Source of the DNA: Candidatus Cloacimonadales bacterium
Lineage (GTDB): Bacteria; Cloacimonadota; Cloacimonadia; Cloacimonadales; DAONDQ01
Reading direction: 5' to 3'
Length of the DNA: 64,000 nt
NCBI GenBank assembly: GCA_963662275.1
Contig: OY759316.1
Location: 64,001-128,000, forward strand
Under the pieces are notes generated by a model, which had not been told where the DNA came from, made no database searches, and worked only from the letters and a program-made list of their open reading frames with translations. Every line of letters begins with the position of its first letter. The stretch's first letter is position 1. This document shows, piece by piece, positions 52,599 through 63,327 of this stretch. The position numbers and the translations under genes were made by a program.

Positions 52599-53549
52599 AT
52601 GAAGTATAAAGCTATCTTTGTTGCTGTTTTTCTACTCATTATCTCCATATCCCTCTCTGCCATACAATTTACCCGGATTCACGGCACAAATGTTGTCTTT
52701 TATTGCCAGGCGAAGGATATAAAGTATGCTCATTTCCTATTGCAGAAAACTGATGATAAAATCAGCAACTTCCAGGAATCCATGGGTTTTTATCCTGATA
52801 AACCCCTAGCTGTCATTATTGCACCGGATAAGGAATATTACAATCACATCGCAAGGAAACTGGGATCAATTGGAGAAGAAAGCAGGGCATTATTCACTTC
52901 AGAGCATAATATTGTCTATATTCGAAGTCCAAGGGATGGAAATTCCTTTCAAGGAATTGTATACACTTTATTGCATGAGTATATACATTATTTCGTTAGT
53001 TTGAGCTATTATGATGCTCCTCTCTGGTTTCATGAAGGGATGGCAGTTTACTTTTCCGGGCAATACAATTGGGAGATGGGTTATGTCCTGGCGAAATCCT
53101 ATCTGCTTGGGACAGCACAACCTCTCAGTGCGATGAATCAATATCCGGCTAATCGACTTGAGTGGCAGTCTTTCTATGCAAAATCTGCGATGGCTGTCAG
53201 ATATTTATCCATGGAACATCGTGAACAATTTACCAGGTTCTGGCAATTATCCAACCGTACACATTCTTATCCAACCGCATTCTACCAGGCATTCTATCAT
53301 ACTGTAGAGTCCTTTAATAAAGAAGCTGATGATGCAATAAAAAGAGATATGATCGGCTACATGATCATGGTGATTTCCGGTCTGATTTGGGCTGCTTTAC
53401 CTATCGTGCTTGTTTTTGGATACTTTCGGAAAAGAACCTATCCTAAGGATGCAGATGAAGATTTTGAAAAACAAGCCATTGAAAATGGTGAGGATTATTG
53501 GAATCAACCGATTGAATCGGAGGAGAAGCCGGAAGAAGGTGACAGGTAA
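52599..53549 (+). CDS. Membrane-anchored peptidase MA-like zinc metalloprotease
   Basis: Signal peptide, 'LLHEYIH', 'PLWFHEGMA', C-terminal TM helix. Confidence 0.8.
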   Translation: MKYKAIFVAVFLLIISISLSAIQFTRIHGTNVVFYCQAKDIKYAHFLLQKTDDKISNFQESMGFYPDKPLAVIIAPDKEYYNHIARKLGSIGEESRALFTSEHNIVYIRSPRDGNSFQGIVYTLLHEYIHYFVSLSYYDAPLWFHEGMAVYFSGQYNWEMGYVLAKSYLLGTAQPLSAMNQYPANRLEWQSFYAKSAMAVRYLSMEHREQFTRFWQLSNRTHSYPTAFYQAFYHTVESFNKEADDAIKRDMIGYMIMVISGLIWAALPIVLVFGYFRKRTYPKDADEDFEKQAIENGEDYWNQPIESEEKPEEGDR

Positions 53550-53579
53550 CAGGTAACAGGTGATAGTGAGGGAATAGGT

Positions 53580-53783
53580 GGTAGGGCGATTTCGACAATC
53601 CTCCCTTGAGAAGGGGGGTAGGGGGGTCTCTTTCTGAGAGTTATTTGAAGCACTATTTTACATTCCCTACATCTTCTGCAAATAAGAATGAGTTTAATTC
53701 TTCTATTTTCAATACTCGCACTTTTACATCTAACTCCGCACTCTCCCTCTCTTTGGATAAAGAGAGGGATTAAGGGTGAGTTT
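53580..53783. repeat. REP-like palindromes between convergent genes
   Basis: cccttgagaaggggggtaggggggtc at ~53603-53628 is identical to part of 63293-63324; 53741-53783 is an inverted copy of ~4743-4785. Confidence 0.75.
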
Positions 53784-53801
53784 GATTCCCTATTTCCTTA
53801 T

Positions 53802-56297
53802 CTAATACGGAAAATCCTTTCCAGCGATGATCTTTTCAATGAGAGAAGCCATCTCATCAGGAATCACCGGTTTCATAAGCATTTTTCTTATTCCAAGAAC
53901 CTTGGCTCGTTCTTTGGTTGCCTGGTCACTAAAACCACTACAGAGAATAACCGGAATATCCGGTCGAATTGCTAAAATCTCCTGGGCTAGTTGAATCCCT
54001 GTCATTCGGGGCATGGTTAGATCGGTAATTACGATATCAAATCGATTCGGATCCTTTTGGAATAATTCAAGAGCAGAATAACCGCTCATTACCGCTTCCA
54101 CATTATAACCATAATATGCTAATGACTCCTGGTACATTTCGGCAAGAGATTCTTCGTCATCAACAAAAAGAACACTGGCATTACCTTTCTTAGGAATTAA
54201 CTCACTTTCAGGAACTTCTTCGGATATTGTATCCAGAGAGGGAAGATATATCTCAAATGTAGAGCCTTCACCTACTTTAGAGTCAAAACGGATGATGCCA
54301 TTATAGGATTGGACAATACCTTGGACGATAGGCAGACCCATACCTGTACCCTCACCTTTAGGTTTCGTAGTGAAATATGGATCAAAAATTCTATCCTTGA
54401 TTTCATTACTGATCCCTGTACCATTATCCTGGACAGAGAGCTTCACATACTGATCATACGTGAATGGTATATGTTTGCGCTGCAATTCCTTGTGAGTGAC
54501 ATCCTCCAGTTTTACGGTCAACATTCCACCATTTGATTTCATGGCGTGTGAGGCATTTGTACACAAATTGATCATGACCTGTTGTATCTGTGTAGAATCG
54601 GCAGCTATCATTCTATTGCTTTTAATCTCAGTCTGAATTTCAATTGTTTGCGGAATTGAAGCACGGAGCAGTTTCAATGACTCAAGTAAAATCTGCTGAA
54701 TAGATATTGGTTTACTTTCCTGTTCAGAAGATCGACTATATGTCAGGATTCGCTGGATCAAATCACGGGCACGGTAACTGGCTTTAATTGCTTCATTCAA
54801 ATCCCCGGCAGCTTTACTTTCGGGGAGTACTTCATTTTTTACCAGTAGCATATAACCTAAAATAACTGCCAAGATATTGTTAAAATCATGAGCTATTCCA
54901 CCAGCTAGTGTTCCAACTGCTTCCATTTTTTGAGCTTGGCGTAACTGAAATTCGAGATTCTTTTTATCAGTAATATCGTGCCCCATGGCAAGCAGACATT
55001 CTTTATTATCAAAATTGATGATGTCTATAGCTAAGAGGAGAGTAAAAACTTCCCCAGTTTTTTTATGAAATTTTAATTCATAATTTGTATATTTCCCTTT
55101 CTCCAATAAGTGTCTTTTAATCCGGGCTATATCATTTATTGAATCCCAGAGACGCATACCGATTGTTGATTTTCCAATAACTTCTGACCTTAAAAATCCA
55201 AATGCAGTAGAAAAGGCATCATTAATCTCAATTAAAAGATCGTCTTCCATAGAAGAAATAAAAATAATATCGGGACTGCACTGAAAAACCTTGGTGAAGC
55301 GTTCTTCACTCTTTTTTCTTTCAATAATTTCTTCTTCCAGTTGCTTCCTTTGAACTACAGATTTGCTTATTAACCTTGAGATTTCCCCAAACTCTGTATC
55401 AGAAGTCGATAGAGTTTCTAATAAACCTGCTTTGTCTTGTTTTAAGCTTTTTGAGATCAACGTCAATGGATGATGAATCCATTTAAAAACGACATAAGAA
55501 AAAAGAATAATGAACAGGAATGTCACTAAAACAAACCAAATCATTGTTGTATTGCTAATCTGACGTGCACTATGCAGGAACTGATTATAAGCAAGAAACT
55601 GAATCTGTGCAACATCTATTCCTCTGAAATCCCTGGCAAACCTAGTGATATTGATATTATAGCCAGGTTCATTCCGGATAATCTGCCTTAAAACGATATG
55701 CACAATCTTGATTTTATAATTAGTCTGCTCTTCTAAAGAACTGATATAATTGCTAGTCCATTTGGTTCCTAAAAGTAAAAATCCTTCGGGAGCAGAGTTA
55801 CCGAATCTATCATTAGATGGGCGAATTGGTGCTCCGTTAATTTCAATTAATTCATCGTTCCGATATATATCAAAACTGAAAGATCGTTCTTTTACTAAAT
55901 TTATAAATATCGAATCAGGGATATCAGGAATAATCATTTTCATTGATGGTTTAACGGTTTTAGAATAAATGAGGTGTCCTGTTTTATCATAGATCCATAC
56001 AAAATCATACGGATTAGTTGATAGCATCGTATTCAGATAATTATCCATCCATGAGATCTTAGGGTCTTTCGTAAATTGAACCATTTCATCAAGGTTCGCA
56101 TAATCACCGAGAATCTTCTGATTATGTTCTTTTTTCAGGTTTAAAATCGTGTCTATGATGATATTACGCTGTTCAAGATCAGATAAAAGGAAAAGACTGT
56201 TTTCTTTTTCGATGGTGTACATAAAGAAATATATGAATGAAGAAAAAATGAGGATCATGAATAAATACAGAACCATGAGCTTTGTCGAAGCTTTCAT
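53802..56297 (-). CDS. Hybrid sensor histidine kinase (CHASE4-like, PAS, HisKA, HATPase, REC)
   Basis: 'AGGIAHDFNNIL', 'NLCTNA', 'DNGTG', 'FTTK..GEGTGMGL', receiver 'FVDDE...TDLTMP'. Confidence 0.93.
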   Translation of the reverse strand: MKASTKLMVLYLFMILIFSSFIYFFMYTIEKENSLFLLSDLEQRNIIIDTILNLKKEHNQKILGDYANLDEMVQFTKDPKISWMDNYLNTMLSTNPYDFVWIYDKTGHLIYSKTVKPSMKMIIPDIPDSIFINLVKERSFSFDIYRNDELIEINGAPIRPSNDRFGNSAPEGFLLLGTKWTSNYISSLEEQTNYKIKIVHIVLRQIIRNEPGYNINITRFARDFRGIDVAQIQFLAYNQFLHSARQISNTTMIWFVLVTFLFIILFSYVVFKWIHHPLTLISKSLKQDKAGLLETLSTSDTEFGEISRLISKSVVQRKQLEEEIIERKKSEERFTKVFQCSPDIIFISSMEDDLLIEINDAFSTAFGFLRSEVIGKSTIGMRLWDSINDIARIKRHLLEKGKYTNYELKFHKKTGEVFTLLLAIDIINFDNKECLLAMGHDITDKKNLEFQLRQAQKMEAVGTLAGGIAHDFNNILAVILGYMLLVKNEVLPESKAAGDLNEAIKASYRARDLIQRILTYSRSSEQESKPISIQQILLESLKLLRASIPQTIEIQTEIKSNRMIAADSTQIQQVMINLCTNASHAMKSNGGMLTVKLEDVTHKELQRKHIPFTYDQYVKLSVQDNGTGISNEIKDRIFDPYFTTKPKGEGTGMGLPIVQGIVQSYNGIIRFDSKVGEGSTFEIYLPSLDTISEEVPESELIPKKGNASVLFVDDEESLAEMYQESLAYYGYNVEAVMSGYSALELFQKDPNRFDIVITDLTMPRMTGIQLAQEILAIRPDIPVILCSGFSDQATKERAKVLGIRKMLMKPVIPDEMASLIEKIIAGKDFPY

Positions 56298-56432
56298 TAA
56301 CTCTCCTTTACATAAGAGACATTCATTTTATTAATCTTGGAAATTCAGATAATCTGCCTGATACGTCAAGAAAATAAAAAAACCGCTCGTTACTTATTAT
56401 GAAACAAGCGGTTAATATAGTACTTTATGCTT

Positions 56433-59132
56433 TTAATGGATTCGAACCAACTTTCTTGTTATCGAGTTGCGAGGAGTTACTAATTTGTAGAAAAAGACAC
56501 CAGAACTGGTATCTTTTCCTATATCACTTTTTCCGTCCCAAGTCAAATTCGTAACACCTGATTGTAATGTGCCATTGTAAAGTGTGCGAATCAATTCGCC
56601 TTTGAGATTATAAATTTTTAAAGTCGCTTTCTCATTGTTACCACTGACCAGTTTCATCGTGGTAGAATCAGAAAATGGGTTTGGTGAAGTGGTTAACTGA
56701 ATCGCTGGAACAGCAGTTTGTCCTTGATCGTCATTTGGTGTACCAGTGCTAATCGTAACAGTAATAGAACTGCTTGAAAGCAAATTCACCCGGACATAGG
56801 CAATATTCTTGTCACCAGTTCTATCCACTTGTTCTAGTGTACCATTTTGAACGGTATAATTATCAGAACCATGAGGCATTTTGAATTTGACCATTGTATC
56901 TTGGAATGACAATGCCAGATTATTTGCAATAGTGGCTGAGACAGTCGAGGAATTACCATCGTTATTAGTTGAATAGCTGATTTGGATATTACTCCCATTA
57001 CTTCCGGCTCCGCTTGTAGTTTGCGGTTGAAGTGTAGAACCATTAACCCGAATTACTCGATATGCTCGATTTCCATCAACACAGCTTTTTGTTGCCAGAT
57101 CATAAGGTTGGGAAGTTGTAGAACCGGAGTTTGTGTGAATATGACCCCAAAGTCCCATATCGACTCCTAATTGAGTCAAATCCAATTGAGAAGAAAAGTC
57201 ATAATGATAAAACATGACATTCGTAGTTGCCTGGGAAACATTCAAATCATTCTGAAGCCACATCATCTGGGTTTGCGTAAAACTCTGATCTCCATAAATG
57301 GATTGCAGGTAATTCTCATAATTAATATAGGCATCCATTCCAATAAAATGTACTGGACCATAGTCAAAAGAATAATCCTGGGTATGATATGGATAACTGG
57401 CACTTGTATTGTTTAACCAAGACCAGCCAAAGAATCTGAACCAATCAACACGGGATGTACCAGCCGTTGGAGGTGTACTTGTCCATCCTCCAACATCATG
57501 ATTCCCTGTGATGATATATACTGGAACTTCAAGTTCACCAAGTATCCGTTTCGCTTTTGAAAACCAATACAAGCTTTGATAATCCTCCAATTCCCCTGAA
57601 TTTACTATATCTCCTGTAATAAGAACGAATTCCGGGTGTATGATATTGATGTCCCGTACAACTTCGCGGAAGTCATTCATAGCGGTAGAATCAGTATCAT
57701 AACCTGCATCGGGATAAAAAATATGAGTAGGTAAATGCAAATCCGTAACCTGTACAAAATAATAGTCAGTTTTTCGGGATGGCAGTACCTGTACAGAATG
57801 CTTTGTCATATCATTGATGTTACCGGAAGCAGTTACTTTCAAATTATATAAATCATAAACAGGAACATTCGGAACAGTGGCATGAATAACCCAACGTGGT
57901 GGACTCAGTTGATAATTGGCATCCGTTATCGACATAGGGATATCCGTAGTCCCTCGAGTTAAATGCAGATTCCAATTCGTCGTAGCCGTTGGAGCATTAC
58001 ATTCAACGGTCATAATTTCACCAGGTAGAACAATATTGGGCATCGTCGGTAAAGGACGCTGAATAACTGTTAGTATCTCCTGCACTTCAGGATGAATGAC
58101 GTAAACATCTACCTGACCCGGCATAATACCAGTTATGTCCGTATTATTATATTGAAATTGTGTTATTGTGATAGGTGTTGTACCTTCTTGGATCGCTGTG
58201 AAATTGAGAATAATCAACAAACCTGAACCAGTTAGTATTCCATTTCCAGAATAATTCACATTTAATACTCCAGGAGTATTCGTTACGTTGACGACTCCCT
58301 GTCCTGAGATTGTTGCCATTTGACTGTAACTCTGATAGCTGATATAGTTGGAGTTATATGTCATCGTAAAGTGATAACTGGTAAAACCTTGAGCCAAGGA
58401 TAGCGTGGAAGTATTGATGGCAATAGCAAAGCTGGTTCCCACTAATTGCGTCAATGTCGGTAGGCTAATGGATACGCCTTGCCCACCTAATTCCAAGTCT
58501 AAAGGACTTCGTGGATTGATAGTATAAGAATTGTAAGAAGAATAGAAACCAACCCCCCGTAAATAGCTGAACTGCAATCCGGGTGCAATCGTATAGCCGA
58601 GTGCTGTGGTGTCGATAAAAATATCATTGAAAACACAAGCTCCACTTCCATCGCTAACGGTCCATTCATTATATGAATTCAAACCTATTGTCACATGGGC
58701 ATTCTGAACTTGGACTAAAACACCTTCATAGATTTCTGAACATGCTTCAGAAGTAGCTACTTGCACTGCTGGAGGCATTGTATTGCCTGAACTTAACACT
58801 TGATAAGCAGTAATTGTGGTTAATTCAGTCATCCCGTTGTACTCTGTAACTAATCCAGTCATTTGAACCAGGTCGCCCTGTGCAGGAGAATGAGAATTTT
58901 CATAGATCAAAACACCTTTCCAAGCTCCACCTTCAGGCATAGATATTACATAGCCGTGACCATTCGCATAATTGGTGGCAGTGACAATACCTGAAGTCGT
59001 TACAGTTTGCCCTGATAGTAAAGATGGATACGTACCATCACCGGCTGCTGTTGTATATTGAATATCATATATTGTGGTTGCAGAAATGATTCCTGCAAGT
59101 AGTAGCAAAATACCAATGAATATACTTCTCAT
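56433..59132 (-). CDS. Secreted metallophosphoesterase (OB-fold, cohesin-like, calcineurin-like catalytic domain, FlgD CTD)
   Basis: 'TIYDIQ...GQTVTTSGIVTA...GDLVQMTGLVTEYNGMTEL'; 'TDLH', 'GDIVN', 'GNHD', 'GHIH'; 'PNPF...IYNLKG...WDGK'. Confidence 0.82.
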   Translation of the reverse strand: MRSIFIGILLLLAGIISATTIYDIQYTTAAGDGTYPSLLSGQTVTTSGIVTATNYANGHGYVISMPEGGAWKGVLIYENSHSPAQGDLVQMTGLVTEYNGMTELTTITAYQVLSSGNTMPPAVQVATSEACSEIYEGVLVQVQNAHVTIGLNSYNEWTVSDGSGACVFNDIFIDTTALGYTIAPGLQFSYLRGVGFYSSYNSYTINPRSPLDLELGGQGVSISLPTLTQLVGTSFAIAINTSTLSLAQGFTSYHFTMTYNSNYISYQSYSQMATISGQGVVNVTNTPGVLNVNYSGNGILTGSGLLIILNFTAIQEGTTPITITQFQYNNTDITGIMPGQVDVYVIHPEVQEILTVIQRPLPTMPNIVLPGEIMTVECNAPTATTNWNLHLTRGTTDIPMSITDANYQLSPPRWVIHATVPNVPVYDLYNLKVTASGNINDMTKHSVQVLPSRKTDYYFVQVTDLHLPTHIFYPDAGYDTDSTAMNDFREVVRDINIIHPEFVLITGDIVNSGELEDYQSLYWFSKAKRILGELEVPVYIITGNHDVGGWTSTPPTAGTSRVDWFRFFGWSWLNNTSASYPYHTQDYSFDYGPVHFIGMDAYINYENYLQSIYGDQSFTQTQMMWLQNDLNVSQATTNVMFYHYDFSSQLDLTQLGVDMGLWGHIHTNSGSTTSQPYDLATKSCVDGNRAYRVIRVNGSTLQPQTTSGAGSNGSNIQISYSTNNDGNSSTVSATIANNLALSFQDTMVKFKMPHGSDNYTVQNGTLEQVDRTGDKNIAYVRVNLLSSSSITVTISTGTPNDDQGQTAVPAIQLTTSPNPFSDSTTMKLVSGNNEKATLKIYNLKGELIRTLYNGTLQSGVTNLTWDGKSDIGKDTSSGVFFYKLVTPRNSITRKLVRIH

Positions 59133-59277
59133 ATTTTTTCTCCATTAATGCTTACACTTCAATTGATATTTGATAAAGAAAGTAGTGAATGCTTGCGCTA
59201 CCAAACCAATTCGTGTTTATATATAAATAGTATGCAATTCTCATTCTCAGTTCAAGCCTATTTAATTCTTAAGACAT

Positions 59278-59308
59278 CACAAGGCTTGAGGTTTACTCAA
59301 GCCTTGTG
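59278..59308 (-). terminator. Hairpin downstream of gap
   Basis: cacaaggcttgag-gttta-ctcaagccttgtg 13-bp stem. Confidence 0.6.
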
Positions 59309-59329
59309 TTCATGAATTCAATTCAATGT

Positions 59330-60343
<1,014 letters not shown>

Positions 60344-60376
60344 CTATTTTATTGAATTTATCTGAAAGCTAAGATT

Positions 60377-60535
60377 TTGGAGTTCAAATTTCCTTCGCAT
60401 CTTTTAGGATAATTCAAGAAATAGGAAATTCGGACTTTACATGAAAACTGAGGTTTTGGAGTTCAAATGCCCTAAACAAATTATCATTGAATAACTGATT
60501 AAAAGGGCATGTGGACTTCAAACCCGACCTTTCAT
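60377..60535 (+). repeat. Two tandem TTGGAGTTCAA-hairpin elements between fba and gap
   Basis: Arms start at 60377 and 60456; second unit matches 29692-29799 inverted. Confidence 0.8.
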
Positions 60536-60567
60536 CATCTATAGCTAAAACTCCATTTCAGGTATGT

Positions 60568-61542
60568 TTACAAGAAAACACTTTGATTAGCACTGCCAGT
60601 CATCACGACAAAATCTTCAATTGTCTTCTGCACTGCAGCTTCTGTAGCTCCCATCCATTTGCGGGGGTCGAATTTGCTCTTATCTGGGAAATAATCATTT
60701 GGATTCACATCTGCTGGGCATACAATGGCATATTTTTCTTTTTCCCAGAACTTCTGAATTGCTGTAGCCATATCCATTTGGTATTGTGTATCCTTGTTGA
60801 TTTTTACAACTCCATTTTTGATGGCTAGATGTTGCTGTTCATCTGTAAGCCCTGATGCGCCATGTAAAACGATTCCTCTTTCAATGCCATTCGAGATAAG
60901 CAAATCATCAATCGCCTTGATCAGATCTAAATGAAGTACAACTTTTGCACCTTTAGTGACTCCGTGATTCGTACCAACCGAAGCAGCAAAAAGATCGACG
61001 TTCGTTTTCATCACAAATTCCAATGCTTCTTCCGGTTTTGTATATAATTCTGTATCAGACACGATCTCATCTTCAGAACCTTTGATGTGTCCTATTTCAC
61101 CCTCCACTAAGATATTGTATTTATGAGCAATACTAACAACTTCTTTGGTGATACGGATATTTTCTGCAAGTTCTTCTTTGGAAGCATCAATCATAACGGA
61201 AGATACCAATCCATTTTCCACACAATATACGATAAAATCGAAGTAATTTGGAGTTGCATGATCAATATGCAAACCAACACCGGAACTCTTATACTGATTT
61301 GATAATATCTTTATCGTATTGGAAATCAACTGAGCCCCAACTTTAATATCCTGGGTTGTACCGGCAGCATATTTCACTGCTCCAGAACTCATTTGCAGCA
61401 ATCCATCTGATTTCTTTGCTTCGTATCCCTGAACCAAGCCACGAATGGTTGAATCAAATACTACATTGGAAGCGATGATTCCGAAACGTTCTTTTTTAGC
61501 TTTCAGGAATACTTCTTTCAGTTTTGTTCCATCTAAAAACAT
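60568..61542 (-). CDS. fba: Class II fructose-bisphosphate aldolase
   Basis: 'LHIDH', 'SVMIDAS', 'VEGEIG', 'GTNHG', 'VLHGASG', 'KIN.DT', 'DPRKW'. Confidence 0.88.
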   Translation of the reverse strand: MFLDGTKLKEVFLKAKKERFGIIASNVVFDSTIRGLVQGYEAKKSDGLLQMSSGAVKYAAGTTQDIKVGAQLISNTIKILSNQYKSSGVGLHIDHATPNYFDFIVYCVENGLVSSVMIDASKEELAENIRITKEVVSIAHKYNILVEGEIGHIKGSEDEIVSDTELYTKPEEALEFVMKTNVDLFAASVGTNHGVTKGAKVVLHLDLIKAIDDLLISNGIERGIVLHGASGLTDEQQHLAIKNGVVKINKDTQYQMDMATAIQKFWEKEKYAIVCPADVNPNDYFPDKSKFDPRKWMGATEAAVQKTIEDFVVMTGSANQSVFL

Positions 61543-61565
61543 AATTTCTCCTTTTTTCTAATGTA

Positions 61566-62462
61566 TTACAAGCGGAGTATTTTTTCCACAATATCTTTTG
61601 TTGTGATTACTCCGACTACTTTTTTATCCTTCTCGGCTACTGTCAAATGATACAAATTATTCTTTAACATGACAAACACGACTTCTACCATCGTACTACT
61701 AGGTGGTACTGTCTTTTGCAGTTTAATGATATTTTTTATCAGCATGGTTTTTTCTTTCTTCAGGAACTCCTGGAATGGCTCTAGGTTCAAGAGGAAGGAA
61801 AGATCTTCCATCATAAATACGTACTCGGGGAGACTGAGCCTGAGGATATCCAGGTTGTTGATTTCACCAACATATCGATCGTTATCATCCACCACAGGTA
61901 AAAAACCCATATGATTCTTCTTCATAAGATCTGTTACTTCTTGGACAGTCGAATCTTTAGATATGGTGATGGGGAGTGTCATGATATCTCGGGCAAGTAA
62001 ATTCGTTTCTAATTCTACTTCGGTCATTTTCACAAGATCCAGGATCTGTTGACCATTCGAACTTTGAATAATCTGCTTATAAATATGTTCAAATCGTGAA
62101 GATATTTTAGCAAAACCAGCTACTGTCTTCAAGTAGAGCGATGCTTTTTCTGGCGAAGTAATGATCATGACGATCATTCGAACTTCTTCCTTCTCAAAAA
62201 CAACAGGTTTTTTAAAGGTCGCTATTGATACCGCTAATTCTGAAAATCCATCTACTCTTGCATGAGGAATAGACATGCCACCCGGATATACCATTGATCC
62301 CAATTTTTCCCTCTCTTCCAATCCTTGAAGACAAATGGAAGTATCCAAATGAGGATAGACTTTATGCATTTCCTCCAATAAAAACTTGTATACTGGTATT
62401 TTCCCATCCATCTGAAGATTTGGAAAGATAAGTTCGGGTTTTACAAGACTGGCTAAATTCAT
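61566..62462 (-). CDS. PTS EIIA (Ntr/fructose-type) domain fused to tandem CBS domains
   Basis: 'EREKLGS', phospho-His 'SIPHAR'; CBS 'ARDIMT', 'LPVVDD', 'VGVITTKDI'; start reset to MNLAS after GGAGG. Confidence 0.85.
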   Translation of the reverse strand: MNLASLVKPELIFPNLQMDGKIPVYKFLLEEMHKVYPHLDTSICLQGLEEREKLGSMVYPGGMSIPHARVDGFSELAVSIATFKKPVVFEKEEVRMIVMIITSPEKASLYLKTVAGFAKISSRFEHIYKQIIQSSNGQQILDLVKMTEVELETNLLARDIMTLPITISKDSTVQEVTDLMKKNHMGFLPVVDDNDRYVGEINNLDILRLSLPEYVFMMEDLSFLLNLEPFQEFLKKEKTMLIKNIIKLQKTVPPSSTMVEVVFVMLKNNLYHLTVAEKDKKVVGVITTKDIVEKILRL

Positions 62463-62819
62463 AATTCCTCCAACAGTTACATCACCATTTTTCTGCATCA
62501 AACACATGCTGAATACAAAATATTCATTTTGTTTAAAAACTTCTATATAAAATCTATACGTCAAGTTAAAAAAAGGGAATTCTTAATTTTTATCTTCCCG
62601 ATATTCTATCTGACACCATATACTGCATGTCATTTACATCTCTTTTTTCTCCATTCAATAAACACTATACATCCTCTATCCATAAAGCATCCATAAAGCA
62701 TGCCTTGGAAGAAATTGAAACTTGTATATATTTTGATAATGATTTGTTATGGTTTTTTTTCTTCTAAGCTATCTATTGAGATTTAAAGAAGCGGGATTAG
62801 TTAAGAGTTCCAGCAACCC

Positions 62820-62902
62820 TTGGAGTTCAACTTGTCAAAATAATCTTTCCATAAATCTAATCTGATAGGCAAGTTGGACTTCAAGCCCGAATTGAACTCC
62901 AA
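62820..62902 (+). repeat. TTGGAGTTCAA-hairpin element
   Basis: ttggagttcaa-cttgtc...ggcaag-ttggacttcaa, then ttgaactccaa. Confidence 0.7.
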
Positions 62903-62942
62903 ATCCTTACACTCAGCTTTTCAAACGCTCCAACACTAAAAA

Positions 62943-63324
62943 GACCCCCCTACCCCCCTTCTCAAGGGGGGATTTAGGCAGTCCCCTTCTCAAGGGGGGA
63001 TTTAGGCAGTCCCCTTCTCAAGGGGGGATTTAGGCAGTCCCCTTCTCAAGGGGGGATTTAGGCAGTCCCCTTCTCAAGGGGGGATTTAGGCAGTCCCCTT
63101 CTCAAGGGGGGATTTAGGCAGTCCCCTTCTCAAGGAGGGATTTAGGCAGTCCCCTTCTCAAGGAGGGATTTAGGCAGTCCCCTTCTCAAGGAGGGATTTA
63201 GGCAGTCCCCTTCTCAAGGAGGGATTTAGGCAGTCCCCTTCTCAAGGAGGGATTTAGATGATCATCCATCTCTATGGGAGATTGTAACTATGAATCCCCC
63301 CTTGAGAAGGGGGGTAGGGGGGTC
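62943..63324. repeat. 11 x 28-bp tandem array bounded by perfect 32-bp inverted repeats
   Basis: Unit ccccttctcaagg(g/a)gggatttaggcagt every 28 bp from 62955 to 63235; inverted repeats 62943-62974 and 63293-63324. Confidence 0.95.
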
Positions 63325-63327
63325 GGT

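Noticed and set aside
62955..63257. 28-bp periodic array as a CRISPR array
   Set aside because: Units abut with no unique spacers, and there are no cas genes in the window
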